Shown here one piece after another: positions 27,266 to 37,720 of a DNA stretch of 64,000 bases. The notes below the pieces were generated by a model. The model was not told the DNA's origin and did not search any database. It saw only the letters and a list, made by a program, of their open reading frames with translations. The stretch's first letter is position 1; every line of letters starts with the position of its first letter. A program made the translations under genes and the position numbers. The DNA is from a virus, in IMG/VR virus record IMGVR_UViG_3300043540_000321, positions 96,001 to 160,000 of that record; one strand, 5' to 3'.

Positions 27266-30200
27266 ATGGATACGAAAGTTCTGTGCAAGAACTGGAACGT
27301 ACAAGCTGACCCGTTCTACGCAATGTACAAGAGAACGGGGCATAGCCTTGACGATGTCCAGAGTTTAACACCCGCTGAAGCCGTGCGGGTTGTGTTCGGG
27401 GATGCGGTCGGTGACGCGATCGCTCCTGACGGCGATATCGAAGGCTCACTTCAAAACGTAACTCTGTTTGCTACATGGTGCTACATGTACCTGCGGCAGA
27501 AAGTTTCTACCGTCAACTGTCCCGTGAATCTTGGAGAAGAGTTCTACCTGGAACTCACTTCAGCTCCATTCATGGGTGCTGACTTGCTGTGTCAGATTGG
27601 TCAGCAACTTACAGATGACGCTGTTATTAAGGAAGCTCGCAAGGTGATGGAAACTTTGATCGGAGCAGGAGATAAATACCGTGAAAACCTGAGTCGCTTG
27701 GCTCAAGCATACGGATTGATTCCCTCTGCTATCCGGCAGGGTTTGCTATCCGCCTGTATCTCTAAACTGACAGACCGCAAGGTCCTAACCTTTGCTGCCT
27801 GCCAGAACGTTATCGAAGAGGTTGTTGGTGTAGCTCCCAGCAATCTGGTGTACGTCAACCCTAATTGGATTCGCTTCGGCGACTTCCTGGCTACTGCTCA
27901 GGACGTTGCTGTTGTGCTGAATTGGCTATCCCGCGCATTTAGCGATGTCTTTGAAGTCAAATCCTGCGATGACGGGTTTAACTTCTGGGTTGAAGGTACT
28001 CAGTTTCACTGCACGTCTAAGGACGGCGTGTTCCACATTGAACGCAATCGGCATATCAATGGGATGCTTTTAGTTAATAGCTCGACTGGTCGGCACCCCA
28101 CCGAGCCAGTTGACCCCGAAAACCTGTCGCTCGTAAACAGCTACGGTACGGTCATCTACGCTCTGTTGTATGGAGCGCCTGGTTATGTTAACAAAGGCAA
28201 AGGTTGGGACAGCTTCGTCAACAAAGTCCTGGTCAAAGGAGACGAATATCCTTTGACATCTGAGGATGAAGTTGGACCCGCAGATGGCGATCGTAAGTTT
28301 CACGAACGCTATGTAACGGTAACTCGACCTCAGCCCGTCGACGTTCCGTTTGCGCTCATTCGCTTCACGGACGGCTGGTTTCTCAGTACTCAGTCTGTCT
28401 CTATGAAGACTGGTTATGCCACCGAGTCAGAAAACAGCGTACGCCTACCGCAAAATAGCTCTATTGACAAGGCTGCTCTCTGGGCATTCAACCTAGTTCG
28501 GATGCCAAGCGGAGCTCTTATTGATGGACGGCGGAGCTGTATTCAACTTCGACACACTCAACAACCAGCCAACTTTGCCAAGGCTATGATGTTGAATCTG
28601 GCCGGCACCGACGATATTCTGCGAGCTGAAGGTTATGCCCGCTCCATCGTTAAGGTTCCAGACGGAAAAGATACCTGGGAACACCTGGGTGAATATCTGA
28701 TCGTTGGCTTGTCTTCGAAGTTAGCCAAGCTGATTAAACGGACAGCATCCGATGCTGCCGTTGTCGCAAAGTTAGAAGATGGGCAGTCTCGTGGGTTCAA
28801 GCGGTTCGGACAGACTAATGAGTCAACTAACAATTGGCTCGTTGAATCTGTTGTCTCTGCACACGCAATCTGGCCGGCTGGTATGGCCTGCTATTGGGGT
28901 GATGAGCCTCAACTGTTGGTTGACCATACGGAGTCCATTCAGTTGCCTTTCAAGGGTGATGTAGATGAGACTACAGTGAGTGTGCCTTATACCGAGTACA
29001 TGGGTGAAGTCTATCTGGAAGATGGATGGTTCAAAGTTACGATGACCACCCCAATTCCAATTGACAAAGGTGGATTGGCTGGAGAAGTCCAGGTGTGCTG
29101 CAACGGAATCGAATATCCGTTTGCTATCACATCCAAGACTCCGGACGCTCAGCTCGTAGGTGTCGAATGGCAAGAACGCCGTGGCTACGGTGACCTCAAG
29201 ACTTTGTTCGTCAAAGTAAGGACTATCACCGTGGAATCCGAAATCAAAGCTCGGAATGGTGTGAAGGCTATGCTGACCCGCTACGACCGTCGGTGCTTGT
29301 CCCTCAATAATGAGGATATCGCTGCTCGTGCGATTTTCTTCAAGGACACAAACAAGTGGCTAGACCTGGCGACTCAAATCTGCGATATCGCTGCTTGCAC
29401 AGCTATCCAGAATAAAGATCCGCAGGGCCTAGCTCTTATTCACTCTGCCAACGCCGCCGCTGGTGTATCTCATAGCGACTATCTGGAATGGTCTCCCGTG
29501 CTCGCTATGATTGGCGTCTATCAACCTCTACTCAACTGGTTCGAGTCCAAGTTTGGTCGCTCGATCTGGTTCAAGTGGGAAGATTCCACTTGTGACTGGA
29601 CGACAGTGCTGCGTCTCATGTACACGAAGCACGACAGTCCGAATGAAGCCGAGCGAGCTGAACCAGTTGCTGGTTGGAGCTATGTCGACCATGACAAGCT
29701 TGACTTTCTACCCAGCACAGCATCTGATGTGCTGGCTATTGCAGACGGTGACTTCGAGGATGAGCATACGAATGTTGTAGTCATCTACCGCGTCGGCGGT
29801 ATTGAATACTTCGTTCAACGTGCTTATTCCTTCGCTGGAACCTCGGCTACCGGACCCGTTTGGCAACCAGTTAAGGCTGAGTTGTCTAGTGTTCGTGCAG
29901 GCGTGACCCAGTCTCCTTTAATGTCTGGAGTTATCCGGGCCGTTGAAGGTAAAGATTTGGACTATGCCACACGACTGGCTGCGGATGGTCTGCAACACGT
30001 TCAACGTGCCTCTACTGTTACTCGGATGGCTCGAGGTCTGGGTGGCGTGCAGAATGTTGTACTCGGAACGCCTGACGCAATGTCCGTTCTGTGTACAGAA
30101 GAATTGCAAGAGCTGGTGACCAACCCGCTACTTCAAGGTCAGCTCGTTAGAAAGTTGGCTGAGCAGTTCCCAGACACATTCTTCATCGTGCCTGGTGCTT

Positions 30201-31594
30201 ACGGGACATTCAGCCTGCATCTACCTACCGTGGTGGAGCAGGACGGTTCCGATAACCTGTGTTCAAGTGTGACAATGGCGGGCCTGACCGCTCAGCTACT
30301 GTCACTAGCTATCCTGGGCGCAGGTGCTGACGACAAGGTTTTCTGTGCGATCGCTCGTTCTCTGAACGGTGCGATTCGGAAACTTGCCGAAAGTGAAACA
30401 CTGGCGAAAGCGGCCGCCTACGGTCGCGTAGGCGTCAGCGCAAAATGTAAAGCGCTGCCGGGTATTGGTGTGGGTGAAGTTTGGATTAGGTTTAGCATCC
30501 GACACAACTCTGTTTATCAAACCATGAGAAGAGTTATGGGTAAGGACCTTGACGGCCGTAAGGTCCTTATGAGCAGAGCTCCGATGACAAACCCATCTGT
30601 CCTAAAGGTCAGAGTTATTAAACCCATTCATCCGATGGGAGACTACGTTGAAGCCGACTCCATTTATCTGTCCCCTCTAGGGCAGATGTTAAATGGTGGG
30701 GACTTCGATGGAGACCCTATCTATCTGACGGATGCTAATGACTCAAACCTTCCTGTAACAACGTTGAAGACTATCATCGACAACGTTATTGCTAGAACAG
30801 GCAGTGACCAACTCAACCCAGGTGCATCCTACTGGGGCGACCACTTCGAAATTCTTTCTGCTGATGCTGTAGCTGAGAAGCGCACTATTGGCAAGAAGAA
30901 CTTGTCCATGCTCAATGACGATGGCCGGAAGGCTCTGCCTACCATGTTAAAAGGCTCTTCAGTAATGTTCGAGTCCGCCATCAATTGGGCTCACAGGATA
31001 TTCCTGACTTCAGACCTATATCTATCTCTGATATGGGCGCTGCAGGAAGACCTGATGGTCAAGTACCCGGGGTGGAAACCCAATTCATTCACTCAAAACC
31101 GCTCTCTAGTTCTCTTGTTGGCTGAGCTATACGAGATCCCATTAGGGGGACTAGACTGGAATGCTCATGACGCTATCATGGGCGGGTTGGTCCCGATTAT
31201 CCGCGACCTTAAAACTCAGTTCGACGGCGAACAGGTTAATAAGTTCGTGGCTGACTTAGAGGCGGCTGGAATCAAACGTGGTGGAAGAGATATCCATCGC
31301 GCAGCAGTCCAAGCGGCTGAATGTCGCAAGCTGAGCAGTGTCAAAGCGAAAGTACCACTGCCTGCTGTTATTCACGGAACCACTCCAGAAGGTTTTCTCT
31401 GTGCCGTGTCTGAGATGTCTTCGCTCATTAGCAAAGGCGACTTTACTATGACGAGCAAAGTTCACGCAACGATGGCATGTGAGATTGCTGATTGGCTTAC
31501 CAAGCATGACGCAGATGGTAAACTGACCGCGAAAAGCACTGTTCTGATGCAGATCAGACAGTATCTTGACCTGATGGTTGAGGGTGTCAAGTAA
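27266..31594 (+). CDS. single-chain two-barrel (YonO-like) DNA-dependent RNA polymerase
   Basis: EIKARNGVKAM (beta-like K/R/K motif, aa ~660), VLMSRAPM and LSPLGQMLNGGDFDGDPIYL (beta'-like RxP and DFDGD, nt 30698-30715). Confidence 0.8.
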   Translation: MDTKVLCKNWNVQADPFYAMYKRTGHSLDDVQSLTPAEAVRVVFGDAVGDAIAPDGDIEGSLQNVTLFATWCYMYLRQKVSTVNCPVNLGEEFYLELTSAPFMGADLLCQIGQQLTDDAVIKEARKVMETLIGAGDKYRENLSRLAQAYGLIPSAIRQGLLSACISKLTDRKVLTFAACQNVIEEVVGVAPSNLVYVNPNWIRFGDFLATAQDVAVVLNWLSRAFSDVFEVKSCDDGFNFWVEGTQFHCTSKDGVFHIERNRHINGMLLVNSSTGRHPTEPVDPENLSLVNSYGTVIYALLYGAPGYVNKGKGWDSFVNKVLVKGDEYPLTSEDEVGPADGDRKFHERYVTVTRPQPVDVPFALIRFTDGWFLSTQSVSMKTGYATESENSVRLPQNSSIDKAALWAFNLVRMPSGALIDGRRSCIQLRHTQQPANFAKAMMLNLAGTDDILRAEGYARSIVKVPDGKDTWEHLGEYLIVGLSSKLAKLIKRTASDAAVVAKLEDGQSRGFKRFGQTNESTNNWLVESVVSAHAIWPAGMACYWGDEPQLLVDHTESIQLPFKGDVDETTVSVPYTEYMGEVYLEDGWFKVTMTTPIPIDKGGLAGEVQVCCNGIEYPFAITSKTPDAQLVGVEWQERRGYGDLKTLFVKVRTITVESEIKARNGVKAMLTRYDRRCLSLNNEDIAARAIFFKDTNKWLDLATQICDIAACTAIQNKDPQGLALIHSANAAAGVSHSDYLEWSPVLAMIGVYQPLLNWFESKFGRSIWFKWEDSTCDWTTVLRLMYTKHDSPNEAERAEPVAGWSYVDHDKLDFLPSTASDVLAIADGDFEDEHTNVVVIYRVGGIEYFVQRAYSFAGTSATGPVWQPVKAELSSVRAGVTQSPLMSGVIRAVEGKDLDYATRLAADGLQHVQRASTVTRMARGLGGVQNVVLGTPDAMSVLCTEELQELVTNPLLQGQLVRKLAEQFPDTFFIVPGAYGTFSLHLPTVVEQDGSDNLCSSVTMAGLTAQLLSLAILGAGADDKVFCAIARSLNGAIRKLAESETLAKAAAYGRVGVSAKCKALPGIGVGEVWIRFSIRHNSVYQTMRRVMGKDLDGRKVLMSRAPMTNPSVLKVRVIKPIHPMGDYVEADSIYLSPLGQMLNGGDFDGDPIYLTDANDSNLPVTTLKTIIDNVIARTGSDQLNPGASYWGDHFEILSADAVAEKRTIGKKNLSMLNDDGRKALPTMLKGSSVMFESAINWAHRIFLTSDLYLSLIWALQEDLMVKYPGWKPNSFTQNRSLVLLLAELYEIPLGGLDWNAHDAIMGGLVPIIRDLKTQFDGEQVNKFVADLEAAGIKRGGRDIHRAAVQAAECRKLSSVKAKVPLPAVIHGTTPEGFLCAVSEMSSLISKGDFTMTSKVHATMACEIADWLTKHDADGKLTAKSTVLMQIRQYLDLMVEGVK

Positions 31595-31640
31595 ACGAGT
31601 GGGGTGGCCATCCACCCCACTTAATTCAGAGGACTGAATT

Positions 31641-33782
31641 ATGAACGCTCAAGAGACTGAAGTAACAACAACAACAGATGTGGTGACAACCCGCACATCT
31701 GCGTGGTTTGAAAGTCTTCCCAAAGAAATTCGAGAATGGGAAGACTTTAACTTGCTTAGCCAAGACCAATTTCTCGCCATTCAAACGATCGTGTCTGGCG
31801 ATTACAAGGTCGTTAATTTATTAGGCAGAGCTGGTAGCGGTAAGACCTTCACGGTTAAACTTGCTCGCCGGCTGCTTGAAGCCTTAGGGTTCGAAGTTAG
31901 AGTATGCGGCACCACGGGTGTCGCATCTCAGAATGCAGGTGGTGAGAGTACTCTAAACTCTCTGTTCCGCCTGGGTGTGGGTAATTACCTACCCAAAGGT
32001 CTGACAGACTTCGTAGGTGGTGGTCGCAAGCAGATTAACACCGCCATTTCGAAAGCCACTCAAAACTTCTCGACCCGTGTTAAGGGTGACCTCGTCCTCT
32101 TTATTGATGAGGTGTCGATGGCCAGCAGTGAGCTGCTGGTCCTCGTCTACCAAGTCCTGTCCGCGGTTTGTTTGAACCGGAACTTCCGCATCGTGTTAGT
32201 AGGTGACCTTCGTCAGCTATTACCAGTAGATAAGGAAGATGACCGTCTACCCTGGAAAGACAAGCGCCATCTATTCTTTGAGCCTGCCGAATTCATTCCG
32301 GCAACCAAAGATGACAAGAAAAATACAGGCAAGGAGCCAAAGGTCTATACCTATGGTTCGATGGTGACCGACGGTCCTTTCCAGATGAATGGAAAGGAAT
32401 CAATCCTTCCTCAGGGAATGGATTGGACAGCCTTAGCACTCTCACTCACCACCAACCATCGGCAAAAGACCGATGCGGGCAAGGCATGGTTCATTGAAGC
32501 CTTAAACGCGCTGGGTGACGGCGCGAACTTTAATGACGCACGAGTCGCTCCACTCCTGCAGCGAGTCTGGTTCGCAACAGAAGATGGTGACTATGTGAAC
32601 TACATCAGTAAGGAACCACTGCCAGAAATCGATGGGCTGCATATCTACACCAAGAACCGCGAGGTTGGTGAAGAAAATGCTAGAGCTTTGGCGAACGCCA
32701 AAGGCAAAATCGTGAAGTATAGCAGCTCTATTGAACTCCTCCAGCCTGGGTACACGATGGACGAATGTCTAAGTGACCTCTATCCTCTGGAAGCCGATAT
32801 GGAGTTGGCAGTCGGTTTGAAGTTCATGGTCAGATTGAACCTGACTCCAGAACTTCTGAATGGGACGATCGGAGAAATCATCGAACTTCGGAGAAATCCG
32901 GATGTGGTGGTTATTAGACTGCCAGACGGCACCGTGCACGAGGTCGGACCCACCGATATTCCGATGCCCTCTAATGCTGATGGGCCTTTGGCTGCTGTTC
33001 ACATGATTCCAGGGCATCTCAGCCATGCGATGACTCCTTGGAAAGCTCAGGGGCTGACGATTAGAGAGCCTCTCATCTACCACTTGAACACCTATTGGAA
33101 GCAGCACGGGCTGCTATACGTGGTGTGTTCCAGGGTGACCGAACCAGACTTGCTGTACATTCTGGTTGACGATATGAAGATGCTCAACAAAGCCGTCCAT
33201 TGCGATCCGAAGGTCGGAGCGTACATTCGGAAGGCTGAGTTGAACACAGCTCGCCTCCTGAGTGGACAAGCCTTGATTCCAGAGATGGACTACGAGGCGA
33301 CCTTCACAGACGAAGGGACGGAGCAAGTAGCGCATGTCCTTACCTTTGATAAGGCCTCTCGTTACTGCTTCTTCTTTAAGCATGGGGAGATGGTCGGCAT
33401 CAACCGAGATGCAGGCGGTCAATGGGTGCGCGTTAAGTTGGATGACGAGGTATTGAAGGCGGTTGAAGATAAGGTGGACGAGCTTGGGCTGATTCGCTCA
33501 GTCGAAGCGAAGCCTCTTTTCTGGACTATCGACAATAACGTCGTCACGTTCGGTCCTTACAGCCTCTGGCTGCAGGACTACGAAGAAGTGACTAAGAATA
33601 TGCCCGTGACCAAGCCCACCGTCGTTAAGACTACGGAAAGTGTGGTCATCTACCGCATCGGAGACGTACATGGAATGATGGTGACAGACCAACAGAAGCT
33701 TAGCAATAAGCTCTATGAAGACTCCAAGCGTGTGGAGTGGTTTGCCAACATTAGTTTCATCTGGTTCCACCCAGAAAGCTAG
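31641..33782 (+). CDS. SF1B helicase (Pif1/RecD-like)
   Basis: GRAGSGKT, FIDEVSM, VGDLRQLLPV, LTTNHRQ, AMTPWKAQGLTI and LYVVCSRV motifs. Confidence 0.9.
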   Translation: MNAQETEVTTTTDVVTTRTSAWFESLPKEIREWEDFNLLSQDQFLAIQTIVSGDYKVVNLLGRAGSGKTFTVKLARRLLEALGFEVRVCGTTGVASQNAGGESTLNSLFRLGVGNYLPKGLTDFVGGGRKQINTAISKATQNFSTRVKGDLVLFIDEVSMASSELLVLVYQVLSAVCLNRNFRIVLVGDLRQLLPVDKEDDRLPWKDKRHLFFEPAEFIPATKDDKKNTGKEPKVYTYGSMVTDGPFQMNGKESILPQGMDWTALALSLTTNHRQKTDAGKAWFIEALNALGDGANFNDARVAPLLQRVWFATEDGDYVNYISKEPLPEIDGLHIYTKNREVGEENARALANAKGKIVKYSSSIELLQPGYTMDECLSDLYPLEADMELAVGLKFMVRLNLTPELLNGTIGEIIELRRNPDVVVIRLPDGTVHEVGPTDIPMPSNADGPLAAVHMIPGHLSHAMTPWKAQGLTIREPLIYHLNTYWKQHGLLYVVCSRVTEPDLLYILVDDMKMLNKAVHCDPKVGAYIRKAELNTARLLSGQALIPEMDYEATFTDEGTEQVAHVLTFDKASRYCFFFKHGEMVGINRDAGGQWVRVKLDDEVLKAVEDKVDELGLIRSVEAKPLFWTIDNNVVTFGPYSLWLQDYEEVTKNMPVTKPTVVKTTESVVIYRIGDVHGMMVTDQQKLSNKLYEDSKRVEWFANISFIWFHPES

Positions 33783-34013
33783 TGGGAACCGTTCGATTAT
33801 TAATAAACCCCTGCTAACTAGAGCGAGCAGGGATAGTTTAATCTCTAACCTCTAAGTTTTGAACTTCTTCAGTCCCACCCCTTGCTACGGGATCATCACG
33901 GGATGGAGGTGATCCTCTGGGATAGTCAGGGGATTATCACGGATTGGAGATACCTCTGGGATAGGGCGTAGCCTTTCTCCCGATTGTTGTTTCATTACTT
34001 TGAGGACTGTCTT

Positions 34014-34616
34014 ATGTTTTCCAACCAAATTATTTCCTTGTCTTTGTCGGCTGAGTCTGCTGTACCCGGGGCTATCACCTACGGGTTTGAGACCCTGACA
34101 TTTGCGTCTGAAGGTAGCCGGGGTGGAACTTTCAAGAACCATGCTTTGCAGGTAGCCAAAGCAGCTATCCGCAACGGTGAACTGGAGTTCCAAGTGCGTC
34201 TTGACCTGACCCGTTTGGATCTGGTTGCTTCCCCTGGAAAGGATAACCAAGGTCGCCAGGTGCATCGTCATGCCTCTACCTGGATTAAAGCCGACTATCT
34301 TCCCTCTGTGGAAGACCGTCGTCTGATTCGGGCAAAAGCAGAAGGCAAGGTTACGGCTCCTGTCTACTTCAACCTGACTGGTGGGGAACTTGTTTTCCTG
34401 GTCAATGAAGTGCCTACGGATACGGAGCAAGACGGCATCAAGTATGACAGCCGGTACGACATTAGTACTATCTATCTGGATGGTGCTGAGTACTCTCTGA
34501 CCACCAACGTTCCTGCTTGCAACTATGCACAGATTGGCAGTCTTGCCGATCTGATTGCTACGCGCAAGCCGGCTGCCGCTGGTAGTCCTTTTGAGAAGCA
34601 GGCTGCTGCCAAGTAG
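34014..34616 (+). CDS. hypothetical protein
   Basis: GAGG RBS before ATG 34014; strong codon bias. Confidence 0.7.
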   Translation: MFSNQIISLSLSAESAVPGAITYGFETLTFASEGSRGGTFKNHALQVAKAAIRNGELEFQVRLDLTRLDLVASPGKDNQGRQVHRHASTWIKADYLPSVEDRRLIRAKAEGKVTAPVYFNLTGGELVFLVNEVPTDTEQDGIKYDSRYDISTIYLDGAEYSLTTNVPACNYAQIGSLADLIATRKPAAAGSPFEKQAAAK

Positions 34617-34748
34617 TAGTTCTGTGTGCTAGTTAAATAGCATTGAGTCTCGCAAGCCCTTCTTTGGGTTTGCGGGGCTCCATTTATTCTCGTGGGACAG
34701 GTCGCCTAAGAGAATAAATGGAGCCTTTATTAATTTATGGAGGTCGGT

Positions 34749-34910
34749 ATGACGAAGGTTGTTTACATTCTGTGTAAGACGAGCGGTCTTGTCTTAGGCA
34801 AGTCTGTGCGATCGGTACAGTATAGTAACGCCGATGTTCCCTATGTCCAATACAACGGAATCCGGCTGGCCTATCTATCCCTTTCAGGACAATGGTGTAT
34901 TCACATCTGA
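34749..34910 (+). CDS. small hypothetical protein (53 aa)
   Basis: GGAGG RBS; MTKVVYILCKTSG...WCIHI. Confidence 0.5.
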   Translation: MTKVVYILCKTSGLVLGKSVRSVQYSNADVPYVQYNGIRLAYLSLSGQWCIHI

Positions 34911-35120
34911 GGCCAAGTGACGGTTTTATTAATTTCGGGGGCGATCGCGTGAAACAGGCTGCGATCGCCCCTGGCACCGTATTCTAATTTTTGGCATTGT
35001 TGGTAGCCATGTGCCGGGACTGAGGCATTTTAAGGCTCAGTCCCGGCGCTTTCCTATTTATTAAAACCTATAAGATAAAAATGTTGGCGCTGTTACTGTC
35101 CTCTGAGAGGAGGTGAAATT

Positions 35121-35336
35121 ATGGCTGAAGTTAAGCAACTAACCCGAGTATTCTTTGAGCTCCCACCGGCTGAACCCGAGATCATGTCTCTCTACATCGT
35201 AGGGACCTATCGGAACGGTGAGCACGCGATCACGAGCTACGTCGCATACCCCCTTATGCCTCGAGAAATTGTGGATCTGGGGTTCGATGAGGAAGATTAC
35301 GCGATGCTCGAAGAAATATGGGCGCAACAAGCGTGA
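35121..35336 (+). CDS. hypothetical protein
   Basis: AGGAGGT RBS, 71 aa. Confidence 0.7.
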   Translation: MAEVKQLTRVFFELPPAEPEIMSLYIVGTYRNGEHAITSYVAYPLMPREIVDLGFDEEDYAMLEEIWAQQA

Positions 35337-35343
35337 AATAGAC

Positions 35344-35371
35344 CGGAAAGGGTGCGATCGCACCCTTTCCG
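35344..35371. repeat. perfect 28-bp palindrome centred on HIP1
   Basis: CGGAAAGGGTGCGATCGCACCCTTTCCG. Confidence 0.9.
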
Positions 35372-35861
35372 AGTAGTACACTTTTGAGAAAATTGTTGCT
35401 TCTACCCTGGTGATAAAGGGCAGCTCGATCGCTGGAAGTCCCATTCTTACGTTCGCAAAATGCGATCGAAAAGTAGTACACTTGGGACTGGAAAGGAGTT
35501 AAAGCGGACTCAGTATGAGATAAAGGGGTTTGAAGGTGATTTTGAGAGGGTTGAAGTAGGGGTCAAACACTAGATGTGGAATTATACGGCTGTATGAAAA
35601 GCCAATTTCAACTAGCTGATTTGAGTTTGGTAGGGGTCCATATATAGTGTTTAGGGTGGAAAACATAAGAGAAGTGTGGTGCAACCCACACCCTCTCACC
35701 CGATCGCACCCTTCCGCATTTCCTCTCATCCGATCGCACCCTTCTGTTATTTTTCTATCAGAATATTCTGGATATAAATCTTATGTGAGTCTCAACCGAC
35801 TCGTGAGTGTAGGTTATGAATATTTAAGCTATTACATTAGTGGTTACAGAGTGAGGTCATC

Positions 35862-36056
35862 ATGTCGAGCACAACGATAATAGACCGAATACAGCGGAGA
35901 GCGTCTCAGCCTCCCAAAACTCCTTTAGGGGCGTATCTAATGCTGCGAGAGGTGTTCTTCAACCAGGGATATAAAGAAATTCCTGAGGAGTTTGCCAACA
36001 AGGTAGTAGATAACCTGCGCCAGGTGGAGACTGAAGCTACGGCTACTGTCGAGTAG
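35862..36056 (+). CDS. hypothetical protein
   Basis: GAGGT RBS, 64 aa. Confidence 0.6.
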   Translation: MSSTTIIDRIQRRASQPPKTPLGAYLMLREVFFNQGYKEIPEEFANKVVDNLRQVETEATATVE

Positions 36057-36216
36057 CCTCAAGCGCACGCAAGCCAGTGTAGGTCTTCGGACTGACGGGC
36101 TGGGAATCGAATTCCTCATGCGCGATTAACTCAACTCCTTGTGGGAAGGGTGGGGCAGTCTTTAGGGGCTGCCCGTTTTCTTATGTCCACTTTTATTAAA
36201 TTGCGAGGTCAAGTTT

Positions 36217-36447
36217 ATGTTGAAAGAGAGAGATTTCATTGTTCGGTTACAGGGTGAGACCCTGCGGCATAACCCGGCGGTGTATGTCCATACTGTCAAA
36301 GCCTATACCTTCGCAGAAGCTCTGGAGAAGATGCTTCGTATATGGAACCTGGCATTCAGCGGGCGTCCGAGCTGGTGCAGGGTGTCTTCCGTTGAATGGC
36401 ACGGCCGCAGGCTGGAAGTAGTAACGTGGAAGGTCGGTGCGGTATGA
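36217..36447 (+). CDS. hypothetical protein
   Basis: GAGGT RBS, 76 aa. Confidence 0.6.
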   Translation: MLKERDFIVRLQGETLRHNPAVYVHTVKAYTFAEALEKMLRIWNLAFSGRPSWCRVSSVEWHGRRLEVVTWKVGAV

Positions 36448-37063
36448 GTGAAGTGAGTGAGATACTAGCGAGCGATGGTCCGTTGCTCTACAAAGCGATC
36501 GCGCTCGTCGTTCTGTTTTTCGTGCTGTAATTTGGAAACTTACCGGGCGGGTCTGTTCGGTAAGTTTGTAATGTCACGGAGGTGACTATGTCGCTCGAAG
36601 AGAAAATCAACAAAATCATCGAGGCTATGTATAACCTTTCTCTAGCTATGGAGTATAGGGAGTGGGGAGACGAGGTGCTCGATGATGAAATTAAAAGACT
36701 AAAGAGTGAGTTCAGAAGGTTAACCGATGAGCTCTGGCAATCAATATAGGATCGAACAGCTCTGGAACTTTCGGGTTCCACCTGACGTCTGGTTGGCGAC
36801 CAGACGGTCTAATTGCGTATCCATATGACCTCCAATCGATGGTACGCCAGGGGTCTTACCAACCCCTTTCTTAATTGACAAATAAATACTCGAGGTAAAT
36901 TATGTTTACTCTAAAATGGACAACGTTTGAAGGTGAGGAGCGATCGCAAGTGGTCGGCTCCTACGATTATGCAGTCGGACAAGCCAACTATCTCGGTTCG
37001 GCAAATGGTCCGGCCAGTGTTTTGGATACGAACGGCAACGAACTCTATCGCGTTCAATAGGAG

Positions 37064-37264
37064 GTGGCGATTATGGTAGCCACAGCTAGTTACTACGTTC
37101 AGTGGGAAATCCCCAAGAAAGTTCATACAGCGAGCTGGAGCCGCAGTCGGCAGCGTACATTCAACGACCACGACAAAGCGATCGCCTTTGCTAGTAAGTT
37201 GGGCGAGGGGCTAAATGTAGTGGTCTACAACCACGAAAGCATGGTTGTATACGGCAAACCTTAA
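37064..37264 (+). CDS. hypothetical protein
   Basis: AGGAGG upstream; 66 aa. Confidence 0.55.
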   Translation: MAIMVATASYYVQWEIPKKVHTASWSRSRQRTFNDHDKAIAFASKLGEGLNVVVYNHESMVVYGKP

Positions 37265-37382
37265 GTTATGCTGTAAATGTCATCTATAGCAATGCGGGTT
37301 GAGGTAGGTTCTCCTGGGGTTCTCGGAGGCCTACCTTTTTCTTTTTTATTAAAATTGTTTATTAAAGTTCGAGAGATTAAAC

Positions 37383-37712
37383 ATGCTAGAAGACTGGCAA
37401 AATATCTATTACTGGAAGTGGACCATCCTAGAGGGAAGTGAGAAATACTTTTCCAAACTCCAAGGCAAACGAGAGAGCGAAAATATCTTGGTGAGACTGG
37501 AGGGTTGGATTACTAGGACAAAGGGAAATAAATCCTACGGATATAGCTGCCCGGAGTTTAATTCCGATGTGTTCGGGAGAATGGGGAATTATATCTATAA
37601 ACCCATCCACCTGAGTAAATCAGAGAAAATCCGGTTCCGGAGATGGCTGCAGGACGCCCTGGCAAACGCGAAACTGATAGAAACAGCCAGCCTTGATGAC
37701 AGTTCACGTTAG
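37383..37712 (+). CDS. hypothetical protein
   Basis: 109 aa, follows a terminator-like hairpin. Confidence 0.6.
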   Translation: MLEDWQNIYYWKWTILEGSEKYFSKLQGKRESENILVRLEGWITRTKGNKSYGYSCPEFNSDVFGRMGNYIYKPIHLSKSEKIRFRRWLQDALANAKLIETASLDDSSR

Positions 37713-37720
37713 GAGGCTCT

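Noticed and set aside
33786-33794. GAACNGTTC as an SOS/LexA box
   Set aside because: The Gram-positive box has a 4-nt spacer and the cyanobacterial consensus differs; kept only as an unknown motif.
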